Shown one piece after another: positions 1 through 13,348 of a stretch of 64,000 bases of DNA; within the stretch, counting starts at the first letter, position 1, and every line of letters starts with the position of its first letter. Source of the stretch: Blepharisma stoltei ATCC 30299 (Eukaryota; Protista; Ciliophora). The notes beneath the pieces are model-generated. The model was given only the letters and a program-made list of their open reading frames with translations. It had not been told where the DNA came from and searched no databases. A program made the position numbers and the translations under genes. The DNA lies in contig CBFDEM010000025.1 of the NCBI GenBank assembly GCA_965603825.1, positions 1-64,000 on the forward strand. The letters run 5' to 3'.

Positions 1-2377
1 CTAACACCCTAACACACCCTAACCCACCCTAACACCCTAACACCCTAACACCCTAACACCCTAACACCCTAACACCCTAACACCCTAACACCCTAACACC
101 CTAACACCCTAACACCCTAACACCCTAACACCCTAACCACCCCTAACACCCTAACACCCTAACACCCTAACACCCTAACACCCTAACACCCCTAACACCC
201 TAACACCCTAACACACCCTAACACCCTAACACCCCTAACACCCTAACACCCACTAACACCCTAACACCCTAACACCCTAACACCCTAACACCCTAACACC
301 CTAACACCCTAACACCCTAACACCCTAACACCCTAACACCCTAACACCCTAACACCCTAACACACCCTAACACCCTAACACCCTAACACCCTAACACCCT
401 AACACCCTAACACCCTAACACCCTAACACCCTAACACCCTAACACCCTAACACCCTAACACCCTAACACCCTAACACCCTAACACCCTAACACCCTAACA
501 CCCTAACACCCTAACACCCTAACACCCTAACACCCTAACACCCTAACACCCTAACACCCTAACACCCTAACACCCTAAACACCCTAACACCCTAACACCC
601 TAACACCCTAACACCCTAACACCCTAACACCCTAACACCCTAACACCCTAACACCCTAACACCCTAACACCCTAACACCCTAACACCCTAACACCCTAAC
701 ACCCTAACACCCTAACACCCTAACACCCTAACACCCTAACACCCTAACACCCTAACACCCTAACACCCTAACACCCTAACACCCTAACACCCTAACACCC
801 TAACACCCTAACACCCTAACACCCTAACACCCTAACACCCTAACACCCTAACACCCTAACACCCTAACACCCTAACACCCTAACACCCTAACACCCTAAC
901 ACCCTAACACCCTAACACCCTAACACCCTAACACCCTAACACCCTAACACCCTAACACCCTAACACCCTAACACCCTAACACCCTAACACCCTAACACCC
1001 TAACACCCTAACACCCTAACACCCTAACACCCTAACACCCTAACACCCTAACACCCTAACACCCTAACACCCTAACACCCTAACACCCTAACACCCTAAC
1101 ACCCTAACACCCTAACACCCTAACACCCTAACACCCTAACACCCTAACACCCTAACACCCTAACACCCTAACACCCTAACACCCTAACACCCTAACACCC
1201 TAACACCCTAACACCCTAACACCCTAACACCCTAACACCCTAACACCCCTAACACCCTAACACCCTAACACCCTAACACCCTAACACCCTAACACCCTAA
1301 CACCCTAACACCCTAACACCCTAACACCCTAACACCCTAACACCCTAACACCCTAACACCCTAACACCCTAACACCCTAACACCCTAACACCCTAACACC
1401 CTAACACCCTAACACCCTAACACCCTAACACCCTAACACCCCTAACACCCTAACACCCTAACACCCTAACACCCTAACACCCTAACACCCTAACACCCTA
1501 ACACCCTAACACCCTAACACCCTAACACCCTAACACCCTAACACCCTAACACCCTAACACCCTAACACCCTAACACCCTAACACCCTAACACCCTAACAC
1601 CCTAACACCCTAACACCCTAAACACCCTAACACCCTAACACCCTAACACCCTAACACCCTAACACCCTAACACCCTAACACCCTAACACCCTAACACCCT
1701 AACACCCTAACACCCTAACACCCTAACACCCTAACACCCTAACACCCTAACACCCTAACACCCTAACACCCTAACACCCTAACACCCTAACACCCTAACA
1801 CCCTAACACCCTAACACCCTAACACCCCTAACACCCTAACACCCTAACACCCTAACACCCTAACACCCTAACACCCTAACACCCTAACACCCTAACACCC
1901 TAACACCCTAACACCCTAACACCCTAACACCCTAACACCCTAACACCCTAACACCCTAACACCCTAACACCCTAACACCCTAACACCCTAACACCCTAAC
2001 ACCCTAACACCCTAACACCCTAACACCCTAACACCCTAACACCCTAACACCCTAACACCCCTAACACCCTAACACCCTAACACCCTAACACCCCTAACAC
2101 CCTAACACCCTAACACCCTAACACCCTAACACCCTAACACCCTAACACCCTAACACCCTAACACCCTAACACCCTAACACCCTAACACCCTAACACCCTA
2201 ACACCCTAACACCCTAACACCCTAACACCCTAACACCCTAACACCCTAACACCCTAACACCCTAACACCCTAACACCCTAACACCCTAACACCCTAACAC
2301 CCTAACACCCTAACACCCTAACACCCTAACACCCTAACACCCTAACACCCTAACACCCTAACACCCTAACACCCTAA
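1..2377. repeat. Telomere, (CCCTAACA)n, heterotrich ciliate type
   Basis: Continuous 8-mer tandem array from base 1 with occasional 1-2 nt variant units, ending abruptly at ...accctaa|tagttt. C-rich strand runs 5'->3' at a left end. Confidence 0.99.
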
Positions 2378-2549
2378 TAGTTTTTAATGGTCATATTCTT
2401 GGCTAAGTAATTACTCTAAAAGAATATTTACCATCATATGAAGCTGATTAATCTAAATTTACAATAAGGTATTCGAAGGATTGCAATCGCAAAGATCTTT
2501 GCATATCTATTTTTAAAAGAGAGAATATTTTCACAATATTATAGATAAT

Positions 2550-3677
2550 TTATTTTTTGTTTAATATAAAGGTCAAATCACTAATTTTTATTTCTTCTAT
2601 CGTCTTATTGAAAAAATCAAATTTCAAGAAATAACTGCATTTTGAAGTCTTAAAATTAACAAAAATAGCGTTTTTATGGACTTTTTCTTGATTGAAAATA
2701 TAAGGCTGAATTTTTATTTCTCCAATATAGCGCCAATGATATTGATCATTAACTCTGCTTTCAAAAATAGACCAAGGAAATTGTATTATATACGCTCTTG
2801 AATTTCCTAAAATCAGCTGTCTTTCTTTTCTCCATTTAAGAGCTTTTACATGAATTTCAGAGTATTCGTCAATAACTTCATCGTATTCATATATGTCTGT
2901 ATGGCTAAGTCCAGATATTAGAATTTTCCTATTAAAGACAATACATGAGGTATAATCACTTTCTTTGGGCAGATCACAAATATGATATCATCTATTTTGA
3001 ACTAAATCAAATCTTTTAGCAATACTTTTAATTTTGCTACCATCATAGCCTCCAAAGATATAAATTGAGTTATTCCAATATACTCCACCTGAATATCTTA
3101 TGGGAAGCCCTGGAGGCAATATTTTTTTGATTGTAAAGCTAATAAGATCAACTATAAGAGATGCCCCTGAAATCCCTCAAGGTTTATGCCTCCAATTGCT
3201 GTAGCAGAAAAGCTCGTAATTAGGGAGATTTACAATTGTAGTTCCTTCGTCTATTAAAGGTTCAGAATTAACTATTTTTACTGTCCTCTGATGTTTTACG
3301 ATATCAATAACCAAAATTTGTGAGCCATAGGGGTTTCTTTCCGACCTGTATAAAAATCTGCTTTCAAAACTAATTTCTTGAATAAAAAGTTCCAAGTCAT
3401 TAGAAATTTCATTAATTTTTTCGTTAAAATTATCATATTTGGCTTTTATTTCTGTATTTTCATTGATCAGTGCTTCCAACTCACAATCATTTATACTTAA
3501 ATTTCTGATTTTTTGTAACTCATTTTGATAAATTATTTTTCGCTTTTCTAACTCTTGCCATTTGCGTCTCGTCCAAGTTGAGCACCTCGAATTCTCTGAG
3601 AACTCGTTTTGCATTTTTTCTTTAAATCCAGAAGCTTCTTTTAGTTTTCTCTCAAGGTCAATTTTAGTAAAAGACAT
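2550..3677 (-). CDS. Coiled-coil + kelch-like beta-propeller protein (375 aa with UGA=Trp)
   Basis: ORF 3177-3677 continues through TGA into GGVYWNNSIYIFGGYDG...RFDLVQNR(W=TGA) and stops at TAA 2550-2552. Distant paralog of the 37.7-43.5 kb genes. Confidence 0.85.
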
Positions 3678-4088
3678 ATGAAATTTTTTATCTAAATAAT
3701 TTATTATTCTATCGTTGGAATTTTTAAGTCTACTAGGATAGTTTCAATTGGTATTTTCTAATAAAAATGGCAAATTTCCCTTATAATTTTATTAAAACAC
3801 CTATGTATTGATTTAATACCAGTCTTGCTCCTTTTTCTCTAATAGATTTCTAGACCATATGTGTATCTTGGCAGGAAAATTGTTTTGAAGCAATTAATAA
3901 TGTTTCTGGGTCATATCCTTCCAACTTATTTATTTTCTATGAGGCTATAAACTATAAATAGCTAATGATACCTACCTAACCTCAGCTCAGTCAATTCTAT
4001 ATTTCGAATTGTTTTTTCCTTCTAAAAATGAAAGCAGTAAAAATATTTTAAATTAAAGATTATATAATAAATACTTTTATTAAACACA

Positions 4089-6080
4089 CTAACGATAGCT
4101 TGTTAGTTTACTCCTTCGAGAGTTGCTAAACGATCGATTTGCAGGTGATACAAGCATTGGCAAAGCCTCTCTTCCAAGAGGCTCAGAGAGCGTTGATTCA
4201 TTACTTATATTCCTTTTATTTCAATTTTTAGAAGCGTCCAATATGATTTGTTCAAAGTCGTTTTGCTTTCATGGCATTGCTGGGGATACTGATTCTCAGC
4301 ATCTTTTAATAATATTTCCTTTTAATGATATAAGTTCAGGCCTATCAAGCTTTTTATTTCTATAAAAGAGCGGCGTCGGCTTATACATTATAGATGTCCG
4401 ATAACCTGAAATAATTGAAGTTGTATTTCCACACCCAAGGCATTTTTTTTGGAGTGAAAAATTGGCAGAAGGTACAGTTGAGCTATAAGGCTCTGGTGAA
4501 TATTTAGGCTTGCTCATGACCAGCTCATTTTGAAGGTCCCTTTCATAGTTTTGAGCCATTGAATGGCGATCTTCTTCATCTTGTGCTTCCAAAGCTTGCT
4601 GAATCTGAGCACATTCAACAAGACAGACGACCATTTGAGCAGTGTTGCTTAAAGAATTTTCTATTTTTTCCAAATTTTCATCTATTTTATTATGTTTTTC
4701 CCTAGATTCTGCAGTGTTTGCTTCGAAGTCAGCTCTATCTTTTTTGACTTTTTTATTGAGGTCTTCAATTTCTTCAATCAAATGGTTTGCAAGAGCCATA
4801 CATTGGTCGTCACCAGTCTTGATTATTTTTTGCATCATTGCAAACTTATCTTTGATTTCAAACCTGAATTTTAAAATATGGGGCTCAAATTGTTCTTCAA
4901 ATACTTTTTCAACTATTTCTTGTATATTTTCAATATTATAGATTTGGTTAGCTGGATTAACCTCGACTTCTTCAATTTGTGGGAGAGGTGCCTTTACATT
5001 TTGCATATTTATTGGGCTTTCAGGATCAGAAGGATTTGATAAAGCCCTCTGAGAACTCATTGCTGAGTTTTGTCTTTTAGATTTTTTATCACTGAGAAGG
5101 TCAACCTTTCTTTGTTCAATATGTCTCATATCCTCAAGGATTTTTGTAACTTGGATTTCTCTTGGCTCCACCCCTCTTTCTATTAATGCTTCAGAATTTA
5201 GGTCTCTTAAAAAGTTCATCTCAAACTCAGCGATTCGTTTTCGCGCCAATAAATCAAGTGAAGAATGCATATAATCAGAAACAATGGTAGCGATTTTCAG
5301 AGGAATATACTTGTCAATAAAAGAATCTCTCTTGATTAATTCATCATTGAATTTATCTAATTTCTCTTTACAGCTCTCAAATCTTTGCTCAATCAGAGCC
5401 TTTTCTATATTAAAAGTAGCAATGCTGAGCTTATTATAATTTTGGTCTTCCATTGATGAGAGCAGTCCTCCAGTTTCCGCTCTCAAAGAATTAACATCTT
5501 TTCTTAAACTTGCAATTTCTATAGAATTTTCAGATGATTTAATAAGCGATCTATTTGCTTTTTCCTCAGCTCTAAGATTGTAATCTATATATGCCTTCGT
5601 CATTTCTTGAAATCTTGCGTTTACACCGTTAAATTCATTCATGACTAATTGTTGGTTAGCATCAATACCCATCCTCATTTGATTGATTTCATTTCGAGTG
5701 CTTTTGCTTAATTCGTCGAAATTATTGAGCATTTCTTGGAAGCCACCCAGCTGAAACTGAAAGGATTTTATGATTTCTTTAATTCCTGAGAATTCTTGGT
5801 TTACTATTATTGCATCTTTCTTCCGATTGCCTTCTAATTCAGTATGCTTGTTTTTAATGCTATCTATGACAGTTTCAAAAGGCTGATCGCCTAAAACAGA
5901 TAGCTCTAACTCTTTAATTCTGTCTTCTAACTGAACTACAATATTTTTTAACCTCGCATTCGTTTCTCGGTCTTCTCTTGCTTTTGAAAGGACAGGCTCC
6001 AGCTGCTGTTGCATGAGCTCACGCATCTTTGTTTCTATGTCGAACCATTCAAGCTCTCTTGTTGAGTATTCTTCTTCCAT
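4089..6080 (-). CDS. Long coiled-coil protein with C-terminal CxxC (KCLGCG), 663 aa
   Basis: 594-aa ORF extends through three TGA codons to TAG at 4089-4091. Heptad-rich E/K/L composition. Confidence 0.8.
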
Positions 6081-6426
6081 TCTTTAAATTACATTATATT
6101 AAAAATGATGCAATTTTATGAGTTATCATTTCTTATTTATTTTCATAATAGAATAGCTAAGAGGTAGGGTTATGACTAATTGCTTAAACGGTAGAAGCCA
6201 TTGGCCGGCTTTATGGCTGACTTTTTCTTTGCTTTTCTCCTTTTCCTTCTCCCTCTGTTTTTTCTGATTCATTAAATTTCGCCTCACTCTCAGACCCATC
6301 TATTCAATTGATTCTACAAGAATAGCATTACCGTAAGAGTCAAAGCTACTTTTGTCGTCTATAAGGTTCCATATTGACAGTAATAATAAAAAATAATAGA
6401 ATAGTTAAGAAAATGTAATAGAATAG

Positions 6427-7257
6427 TTAAGAACTTAGAGATTCTTTGATGCATTCTCTGACATCATCCAATTCAGCTAGTGCTGCTTCAAGCTCATCCA
6501 GTGGATACGTATTGATGCACTCACCTTGAAGATATATTTGAGCTGCAGATGTACTTCCAGGGGCTAAGTAAAAGCATCTTAAAAGGTCAACACACCCCAG
6601 CTGAATCTTCTCACTAACCCTTCGCAAAATTTCCAGCTTGTCAATAAAGCCTTCATCTCTTGGATCCCAGTACACAATAACCCCTTCTTTCTGAATAAAT
6701 TCGTCAAAAGATGGATATGAATCAATATCCTTGAAATCCGAGAGGAAATCAGAATGCCTTATATAATCTGCAAAGTAGTCCGTTGTGGGATTTAAAGAAA
6801 ATCCTAGTTGAGTGCCGACGCTAGACATGGATTCGATCATTGGTGCAAATTGTCTACCTAAGGGAGTACTGAGGAGATCTTCAGGCAATCCTGTGATGTG
6901 GCTCGGAATTCTCTTGTTGACCAAATACCTGCAGCACTCGTCGGTAAAGTTGTTGCAATTATGCTTAATGAGATGATAAGTCGTCATTGTAAATCTGTGA
7001 GAAATGCACTTCAAAAACTGCTTAAAGTCGTCAAGAGACTTGTTTGTGACACCCATGTTTAGGGTTTGAACTGGACGTCCTGCCATCGTACTTCCAGGAG
7101 GAGCTTCGCATATTCCTCCTCCGAAGAAAAATTCAGTGCCATAAACGACTACTGCAGTGTGCCAAATTCCTTCTATTTGCCGGCCTATAAGTCCTGGGCT
7201 AAGCATCCTTGCCATACCCATAGTTAGGTCATAAATATACAAAGTAACACTTGCCAT
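6427..7257 (-). CDS. PPPDE/DeSI family desumoylating/deubiquitinating isopeptidase
   Basis: VTLYIYDL, GIWHTAVVVYGTEFFFGGG (catalytic His) and YHLIKHNCNNFT (catalytic Cys). Likely start MASVTLY at 7257. Confidence 0.92.
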   Translation of the reverse strand: MASVTLYIYDLTMGMARMLSPGLIGRQIEGIWHTAVVVYGTEFFFGGGICEAPPGSTMAGRPVQTLNMGVTNKSLDDFKQFLKCISHRFTMTTYHLIKHNCNNFTDECCRYLVNKRIPSHITGLPEDLLSTPLGRQFAPMIESMSSVGTQLGFSLNPTTDYFADYIRHSDFLSDFKDIDSYPSFDEFIQKEGVIVYWDPRDEGFIDKLEILRRVSEKIQLGCVDLLRCFYLAPGSTSAAQIYLQGECINTYPLDELEAALAELDDVRECIKESLSS

Positions 7258-7699
7258 GACTATTATAAATGAAATTTTTGAGAAAATAGAAATGAACATT
7301 TTGAATTTTCTTATAATCATTATAATTTTATTTAATTTAAAGTGGCGATACTGACTTAATTCTATACCAGTATAAATCAAGGTTCAATTTGAGCAGTAAT
7401 AAAGTTGAGAAATACTCATTCAAGAGTTTGCTGGTATAATTGCATGAATACCACTGAAAAATTTGACAAAGACTTTCAAAAATAGAATTTTGAGAGAAAA
7501 AAGCCGAATCGTCTTCATACTCTTCCTCCCAATTTTTTACGCAATGATTTTAATATTGAAGCTAAAGTGCTTTATTTTTTAAAGAAATTTCATAATGAAT
7601 GAAAAAAAAGCAGCTTTCTTGATCATTGATAAAACTATTATGCGTTAATTTTTTAATTCTGCTGCTTATGAATAGGACTCATATCAGTCTAAAATTAAA

Positions 7700-9151
7700 A
7701 TGAAATTTCATAAATCAGCTACAACAAAGGATGATCCTCAGATTTTTAGACTCACTTCTTTAAACAGTATCAACAGAATAGAGAAATCAAGCACAGACAA
7801 AATTCGATCACTTCAATCAAGTCCAAATCTTAATTCAAAACCAGTTTCACCTAGATCCTCTAGGGGCTACTTAAGCCCAATAAGTGAGCCGAGCACGTCA
7901 CCAAGCTCAAGACTCCAATCATCACCAAGAATAGCTGAAATTATTGCCAACATAAAGCTGAGAGCTGAAACGTATACATAACATAGAGATTTAAAGAGAT
8001 CTTTTGCAACAAAGTCGCCCAAGCTTTCGCAATGTCTCAAAAGACTGGAAAAATCAAGATATGGAAGGGAAATCGTAAGTTGTCTGGATGATAGAGTATA
8101 TATTAAGAAAAAAAAGTATGATTCAATTATGAGCAAAAAGTCAAAACTCATTAGAGAACTTGAGCAGCTAGAAGAGGAGTTCGCTAGTATAAAAGAATCC
8201 ATAAATGAAAGTGGGAAAAGTAGTTCCCTTTCAAAGCTCGAGGAAAAATATCAAAAATTAATTGAAAATATTCATAATGAGAAAAAAAATAGAGATGTCT
8301 TAAATCACATGTTTGACGTCAGAAGAGACAGCTTGACAAGTCTCAAAGACCGAGCATTGAAGTTGGAAAAAGATGTCTCTAAAGCCAAATCTTTAGAAGT
8401 TCTTTTGGATAGAAAAAATAGTACACAGCTTCAATTTCTAAGCAAAGATGAGACTCATTTATTGAGAGAAGAGAGTCTGCTGAATAGTCAAAAAAATGAA
8501 CTGAGAAAGAAACTCAACTCAGAACTAAAAGAATTTGAAGGCCGTGAAACTCTGATTTCCTTTTATAAGATTTCGCAAAAAAATTGGTATGATCGCTGGG
8601 AGAGGCAAATACTTGAAAAGAAAATTGGCAAGATAGGGGCAAGTAAGCAGGAATCATCACTTTCTGAAGAAAACTATATGTCAGAACTTGAGAGAGATTT
8701 CAATCTTAATGTGGAGAATCTTCAAAGCATTAAAAATGAAACTGGGAGTGGCTCCTTGTCTGAGCTAAGTCATAAATTGGCTAAGCAAAAAGAAACGAAG
8801 CAAAACTTAATTAATTTGCAAACTGAACTCCAAGACACACTTCGTAAGCAGCAAATCGAAATATGCGAGTTAAGAAGAATTTATGAAGATTTTAGTCACA
8901 AGAATTGCTTTAACGATTCTAACCTAAATAAAAGAAGATTTGAGATTGAGCAACAGATTATACATTCGGAAATGGTTTTAGAGGGAAAAATGAGCAAGCT
9001 AAAGAAAATGAGTGAAGACTGTGCAAAAGTTATTTCAGCACTGAATAGCATTGTCAGCAAATTTAGCCGCTTTAATCGAGACTCTTACAAGCTATCGTCA
9101 TTTCCAACAAAAACGATGATTCAGATTATTTGCAATTATATATCAGGGTAA
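7700..9151 (+). CDS. Ser-rich N-terminus + coiled-coil protein; one 15-nt intron (7972-7986)
   Basis: Removing GTATACATAACATAG joins ORF 7700-7981 in frame to ORF 8129-9151. Confidence 0.75.
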
Positions 9152-9422
9152 ATAGGTTTGCTTTGTAGATAAGCTGTTTATTTTTAACACAATAGTTTTC
9201 ATTTGATTTATAAAGCATTCTTGGGATATTTAATTATTCTCACAAGTCTTGTATAAATTAATAAGATTTCTGCTATTTTTGAGGATTATATAAATGTAAT
9301 TTTATTTCCATTAAACATTTAGACAAAATTGACTTCTTTCCTCAGCTTTAAATCATATGCCTAAGCCATAATTCAATTTTTAAAGTTAAATACAAAATGC
9401 TATAAACACTTATAAATTAAAA

Positions 9423-9959
9423 ATGAGTAATCCAAACGCACTTTTTTCCTACCTCGCTTCTTTGCTTTTGGACATCAGCTTGAAGCTCTCAAAGCCCCTT
9501 AATAACACATTTTTGAACGACCTTTCACCAATTGACCAAAAAGCATTGCTTATTCACCAATTTGAGGATGGCTCAAAATGGGAAATTTCAATATCAAGTG
9601 GAACAACCATTCATATCGAGAGAGTAGAAGAAAAATCCACACAAGCCAACTCCACACAAAACCATTCCTTAATCTGTGACACAATTGAGACCTTCCCTGA
9701 CGAATTTTTGCTAACACACCAAAGTGAAGATTTCATCACAGACGGCTTCGAAATACCAATTGGAGACTTGGACCCACTGGAGGCAACCTGGAAAAGGGAC
9801 GATTTGTATATAGACGCTGAGTTTTCTGACGTCCCTGACAGTCTATTTTCCATTTCAGAGACTCCAGGATCAGAAGGTCAGCCACTGCTACCTCAGCCTT
9901 CAGTTTGGAAGTGGCGGAATGGGAGTTTGTCAACTGAAGAAGCGATTAATTATATGTAA
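9423..9959 (+). CDS. Hypothetical acidic protein (178 aa)
   Basis: ATG after an AT-rich leader, GC above flanks, TAA stop. No family recognised. Confidence 0.6.
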   Translation: MSNPNALFSYLASLLLDISLKLSKPLNNTFLNDLSPIDQKALLIHQFEDGSKWEISISSGTTIHIERVEEKSTQANSTQNHSLICDTIETFPDEFLLTHQSEDFITDGFEIPIGDLDPLEATWKRDDLYIDAEFSDVPDSLFSISETPGSEGQPLLPQPSVWKWRNGSLSTEEAINYM

Positions 9960-9976
9960 TTTTGGTAATTTTATAA

Positions 9977-11695
9977 ATGGAAAACACTCTAGCTTACTGA
10001 AAAGAGCGCTGCAATCTGCTTCTAGCTGAAAATTCACAGTTAAAATCAGAAATCGAAAGCTTAAAACAGCAATTGCATAAAAGCACCGTAAAAAATGAAG
10101 ATGCAAATCGGAGAATCAAAGAATTAAGTGAAGAGATCTCAATGTCTCCAATACAAGATTGGGGATTTGAAGATGATAGCTACTTTGAAAGCTTGGCACA
10201 AAGCGTGTGCTCCAGCAGATACTCAATCCGCCAAGTCCAATCCCCACAGAACACAAGCAAAAAAAGCTATTTTGACTTCCAGCCGATGATCCAAAGTCAA
10301 GTAGATTTGAGAATTTCAATGAATTTGCAAAGCATTGAGAAGCCGAGACTTGTGGAATACTTTTTTGTAGTGGGAGTCTCAGCTGAAGACCTTTCTCAAA
10401 GAAACAGAAAAGCTGCGATTCTAATGTCAGTTCCAGACAATATTGAGTGGTATACTTAACGTAGGGCAGGCTTATCTGTATTGGCTGATTTTTGTTTTCC
10501 AGCAGGGATATCAGCCAGTGAGCTTGTGCTTTCTAAGTCCGGAAGCGCACTTAACCAGCTAATCTTCGGTCACAACTATATCTCAAGAGCTGAAAACTCC
10601 TATGTGTTCACCATAAAGGCGAATGAGCCAAGGCTTTTAGGTGATAATAACTGGTCTGACGTGTTATACTGCTGTTGTGTCACCATAAACGATGTAGGAG
10701 TAGGATACGGTACTGGAGAATGAGCTGTCCCCAAATGCTATTGCCTTGTGTCATACTATCCTCACTTTACTTTATTTTTTGACATCATTTCAAAAGTTTT
10801 AGTACTGAAAAGAGTAAGAAGAATGCAAGAACTGATAAATATTGAGCCTATTGATGCGCCTAATATATTGAGAAGGAGTGAAGAACTAGGAGAATCCGAA
10901 ACCAAGTTAATTGCAAAATGCATAGGCATTAATAGCCAGCAGCCAAACTCAACTATAAGAATTGAAGAAGAAATGATTGAGCCTATATCAATAACCTGAC
11001 CTGAAGAAGTTTGGCTCTATGATATCCCATGGCTGCTATCTCCTCTTTTTTCAACTTTGCGGTTCCAAGACACGTTTTGAGTCCTGATTGCTTTATTGTT
11101 GGAAAAATCAGTCGTAGTGGTCAGCAGCAATTTATCATTGCTGACCTCATCTGTGTAAGATTTATTTAGCTTGGCTTTTGCTGAGTTGCTTAAGCCACTG
11201 ATATGGCCTCATGTGGTTATTCCAATTGTCCCTGATAGTCTTAGAGAAATATTGGAAGCTCCAGTTCCAGTTCTTCTTGGACTGCCAGCCCCAGCCCCTC
11301 CTTTAAGAAAATCTTATTCAAATTTAATATGACTAATGCTAGACGAGCCAAGCCCTCAACGACGCTTACAGGCCAGCACCAAAATTCTTCGTGACGTAAA
11401 AGAGCCATACTTTGATAACTTCAAAACTGTCCTCAACAAACTATATGCCGAGTTTACTCAAGAAAGAACAGTCTACATCCCTTCACACCCCCAACAAAAC
11501 GCTTGCAAAGATATAGCGAATTTACTGCGAGGCTGCTGGGGCAGACTCCTTGAGAAGTTTCCTCGCCGAACCTCTGGAAGAATAAACCCCAACGATTTCT
11601 CCCCCGTCATAGAATCCTCTCACCTTGCTGACAAGAAATTTTTGGAATCCTTTACCAAAACCCAGCTGCTGGTCAGCCATTTAGAAAATTGCTAA
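9977..11695 (+). CDS. DENN-domain protein (Rab GEF); introns 10450-10464 and 11155-11169
   Basis: LVEYFFVVG, ADFCFPAG, PKCYCLVSYYP, LLLEKSVVVVSSNLSLLTS, PLIWPHVVIPIVP, EAPVPVLLG, FTKTQL. Frame is continuous after removing two 15-nt introns and reading TGA as Trp. Confidence 0.9.
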
Positions 11696-11730
11696 ACCTT
11701 AAAGTAATTTAACAATCGAGTTATATAATT

Positions 11731-12453
11731 CTATACATTTCTCACTGGGGTTCTGCAGATTGGGCATGATCCTTTGATGAGCACCCAGTCTTTTAAGCAG
11801 TGACGATGAAACCCATGCTTGCACCTTAAAACGACACACAGCGAATCCACATTTGACTCTTCATAACAAATCGAGCACGTCTCTCCTTCAGGCATCGGGC
11901 CAATATAGGTGTCTAGTTCGTCTTCTGAAACCTGCATAAGGCTTACAGGCTGCAGTCTTGAAGGTGTTCTCGCCGTGATGAACCTTCTGAAATAAAAATA
12001 ATAAAGCACTCCAATTGCCACGATAAACAAATATTTCAAATACCCTGCAATTATGAGGATCAGAGAGAGGATCCCTGAGGAGTGATGGATACTAGAAGGT
12101 TCCTTACAGAGTTCTACTGTTATCGCAATAGTGATGATAAGCCGAAAGCTGGATAGTGATTACCATTCATAGCTTGCTTGGCCTGTCCTAATTAAAAAGG
12201 AAGAAGTCGTCACTTGCAAGCAGTACCTATGCAAAGAAAGCAGCAGAAGGAAAAGAAGCTCGTAGCCTTCTGTCGCTGTATACAGAATCAAATAGACATA
12301 TAGAGTTCTCGGACAAAGCGAGCCATCTGCAGACAAAACGCCTATAATGCATCCAATTTTTACAATAGTGTAGGTGGCGTATAGAAGATAAAAAGTGCTG
12401 CCACGGGAGCGCTGATGGTGCTGCTCTTGGGTTGGGAAATAGGACTCTTCCAT
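11731..12453 (-). CDS. Multi-TM RING-H2 E3 ubiquitin ligase; intron 12149-12163
   Basis: CSIC..C.H.FH..C...W....SCPICR plus hydrophobic N-terminal segments. GTAATCACTATCCAG intron joins the two ORFs. Confidence 0.88.
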
Positions 12454-12545
12454 TTTCAGATTGATTATTTAACAGATCTTGTATAAAAAATCACAATAAA
12501 GTGGTCAGCTTGAAACGCCTTACTAGACTAACTTAATCTTTAAAA

Positions 12546-13304
12546 ATGTCTCGGCTTATCGACAATTTTATTATTATGGTATCAAGCTCAGTTCTCTTAC
12601 TTCAAATGGTCCTTTGCCTATCTGCTTATGCTATAACGACTGAAAATTATGTTTTAAGCGATTCTCCAAACCCAGATTTCGAGAAATTTGGAGAGTACTC
12701 CAATGCAATTTTAAGGTCATCTATTTTTTTAGCTTTATCTGGGAGGATTTCAAAAGAAGATAAAAGGTACCCAACCTTGACAGAAGTCCTCAAACTTATG
12801 GTTGACAGGAATTCCTATACTTTGATTGAAGCTGGAACTGCTCGTGAGGGCGAAGGAAGCTGCGCTGGAGATGGATGCTCGACACCCATTTTCGCTCATT
12901 TTTCTTATCTTACTGGAAGAAATTTCATATCAGTTGATATCAGCGAGAAAAACTGTGAGAAATCGCGACAAGCAATAAGGCCTTATGCTGACAACTCAAA
13001 AGTAATAAAAAGTGACTCAATAGCTTTTTTAAAAGAGTTTAGAGACCCAATTGACTTTTTGTATTTGGACAGCGTTGATTATGATTTTAAGAACCCCAAG
13101 GTTTCCCAGGAGCACAGCTTAAAAGAAATTAAAGCTGCCTATGGAAAACTCCATGAGCACTCAATTATTTTGCTAGATGACTGCACTTTGCCTGGAGGAG
13201 GAAAATGTAAGCTTGCTGCCGAATTCTTGCTAAAAAACGGGTGGGAAAAGCTAATTGATTCATATCAGATGGTCTTCATCCACACAGAGAGCATCATATG
13301 ATAA
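12546..13304 (+). CDS. Class I SAM-dependent methyltransferase (Methyltransf_24-like) with N-terminal signal peptide
   Basis: LIEAGTAR, ISVDIS, IDFLYLDS, ILLDDC..GGGK. Hydrophobic leader (alternative start 12576). Ends TGA TAA. Confidence 0.8.
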
Positions 13305-13348
13305 AACACTAATTTAATACATTATAAAATTAATTCTATCAAAATTAG

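Noticed and set aside
1-2377. CRISPR array or satellite
   Set aside because: No spacers; a terminal 8-mer matching the known heterotrich telomere.
13299-13304. Terminal TGA of the methyltransferase as Sec or stop
   Set aside because: Immediately followed by TAA and no SECIS-like hairpin, so uninformative.
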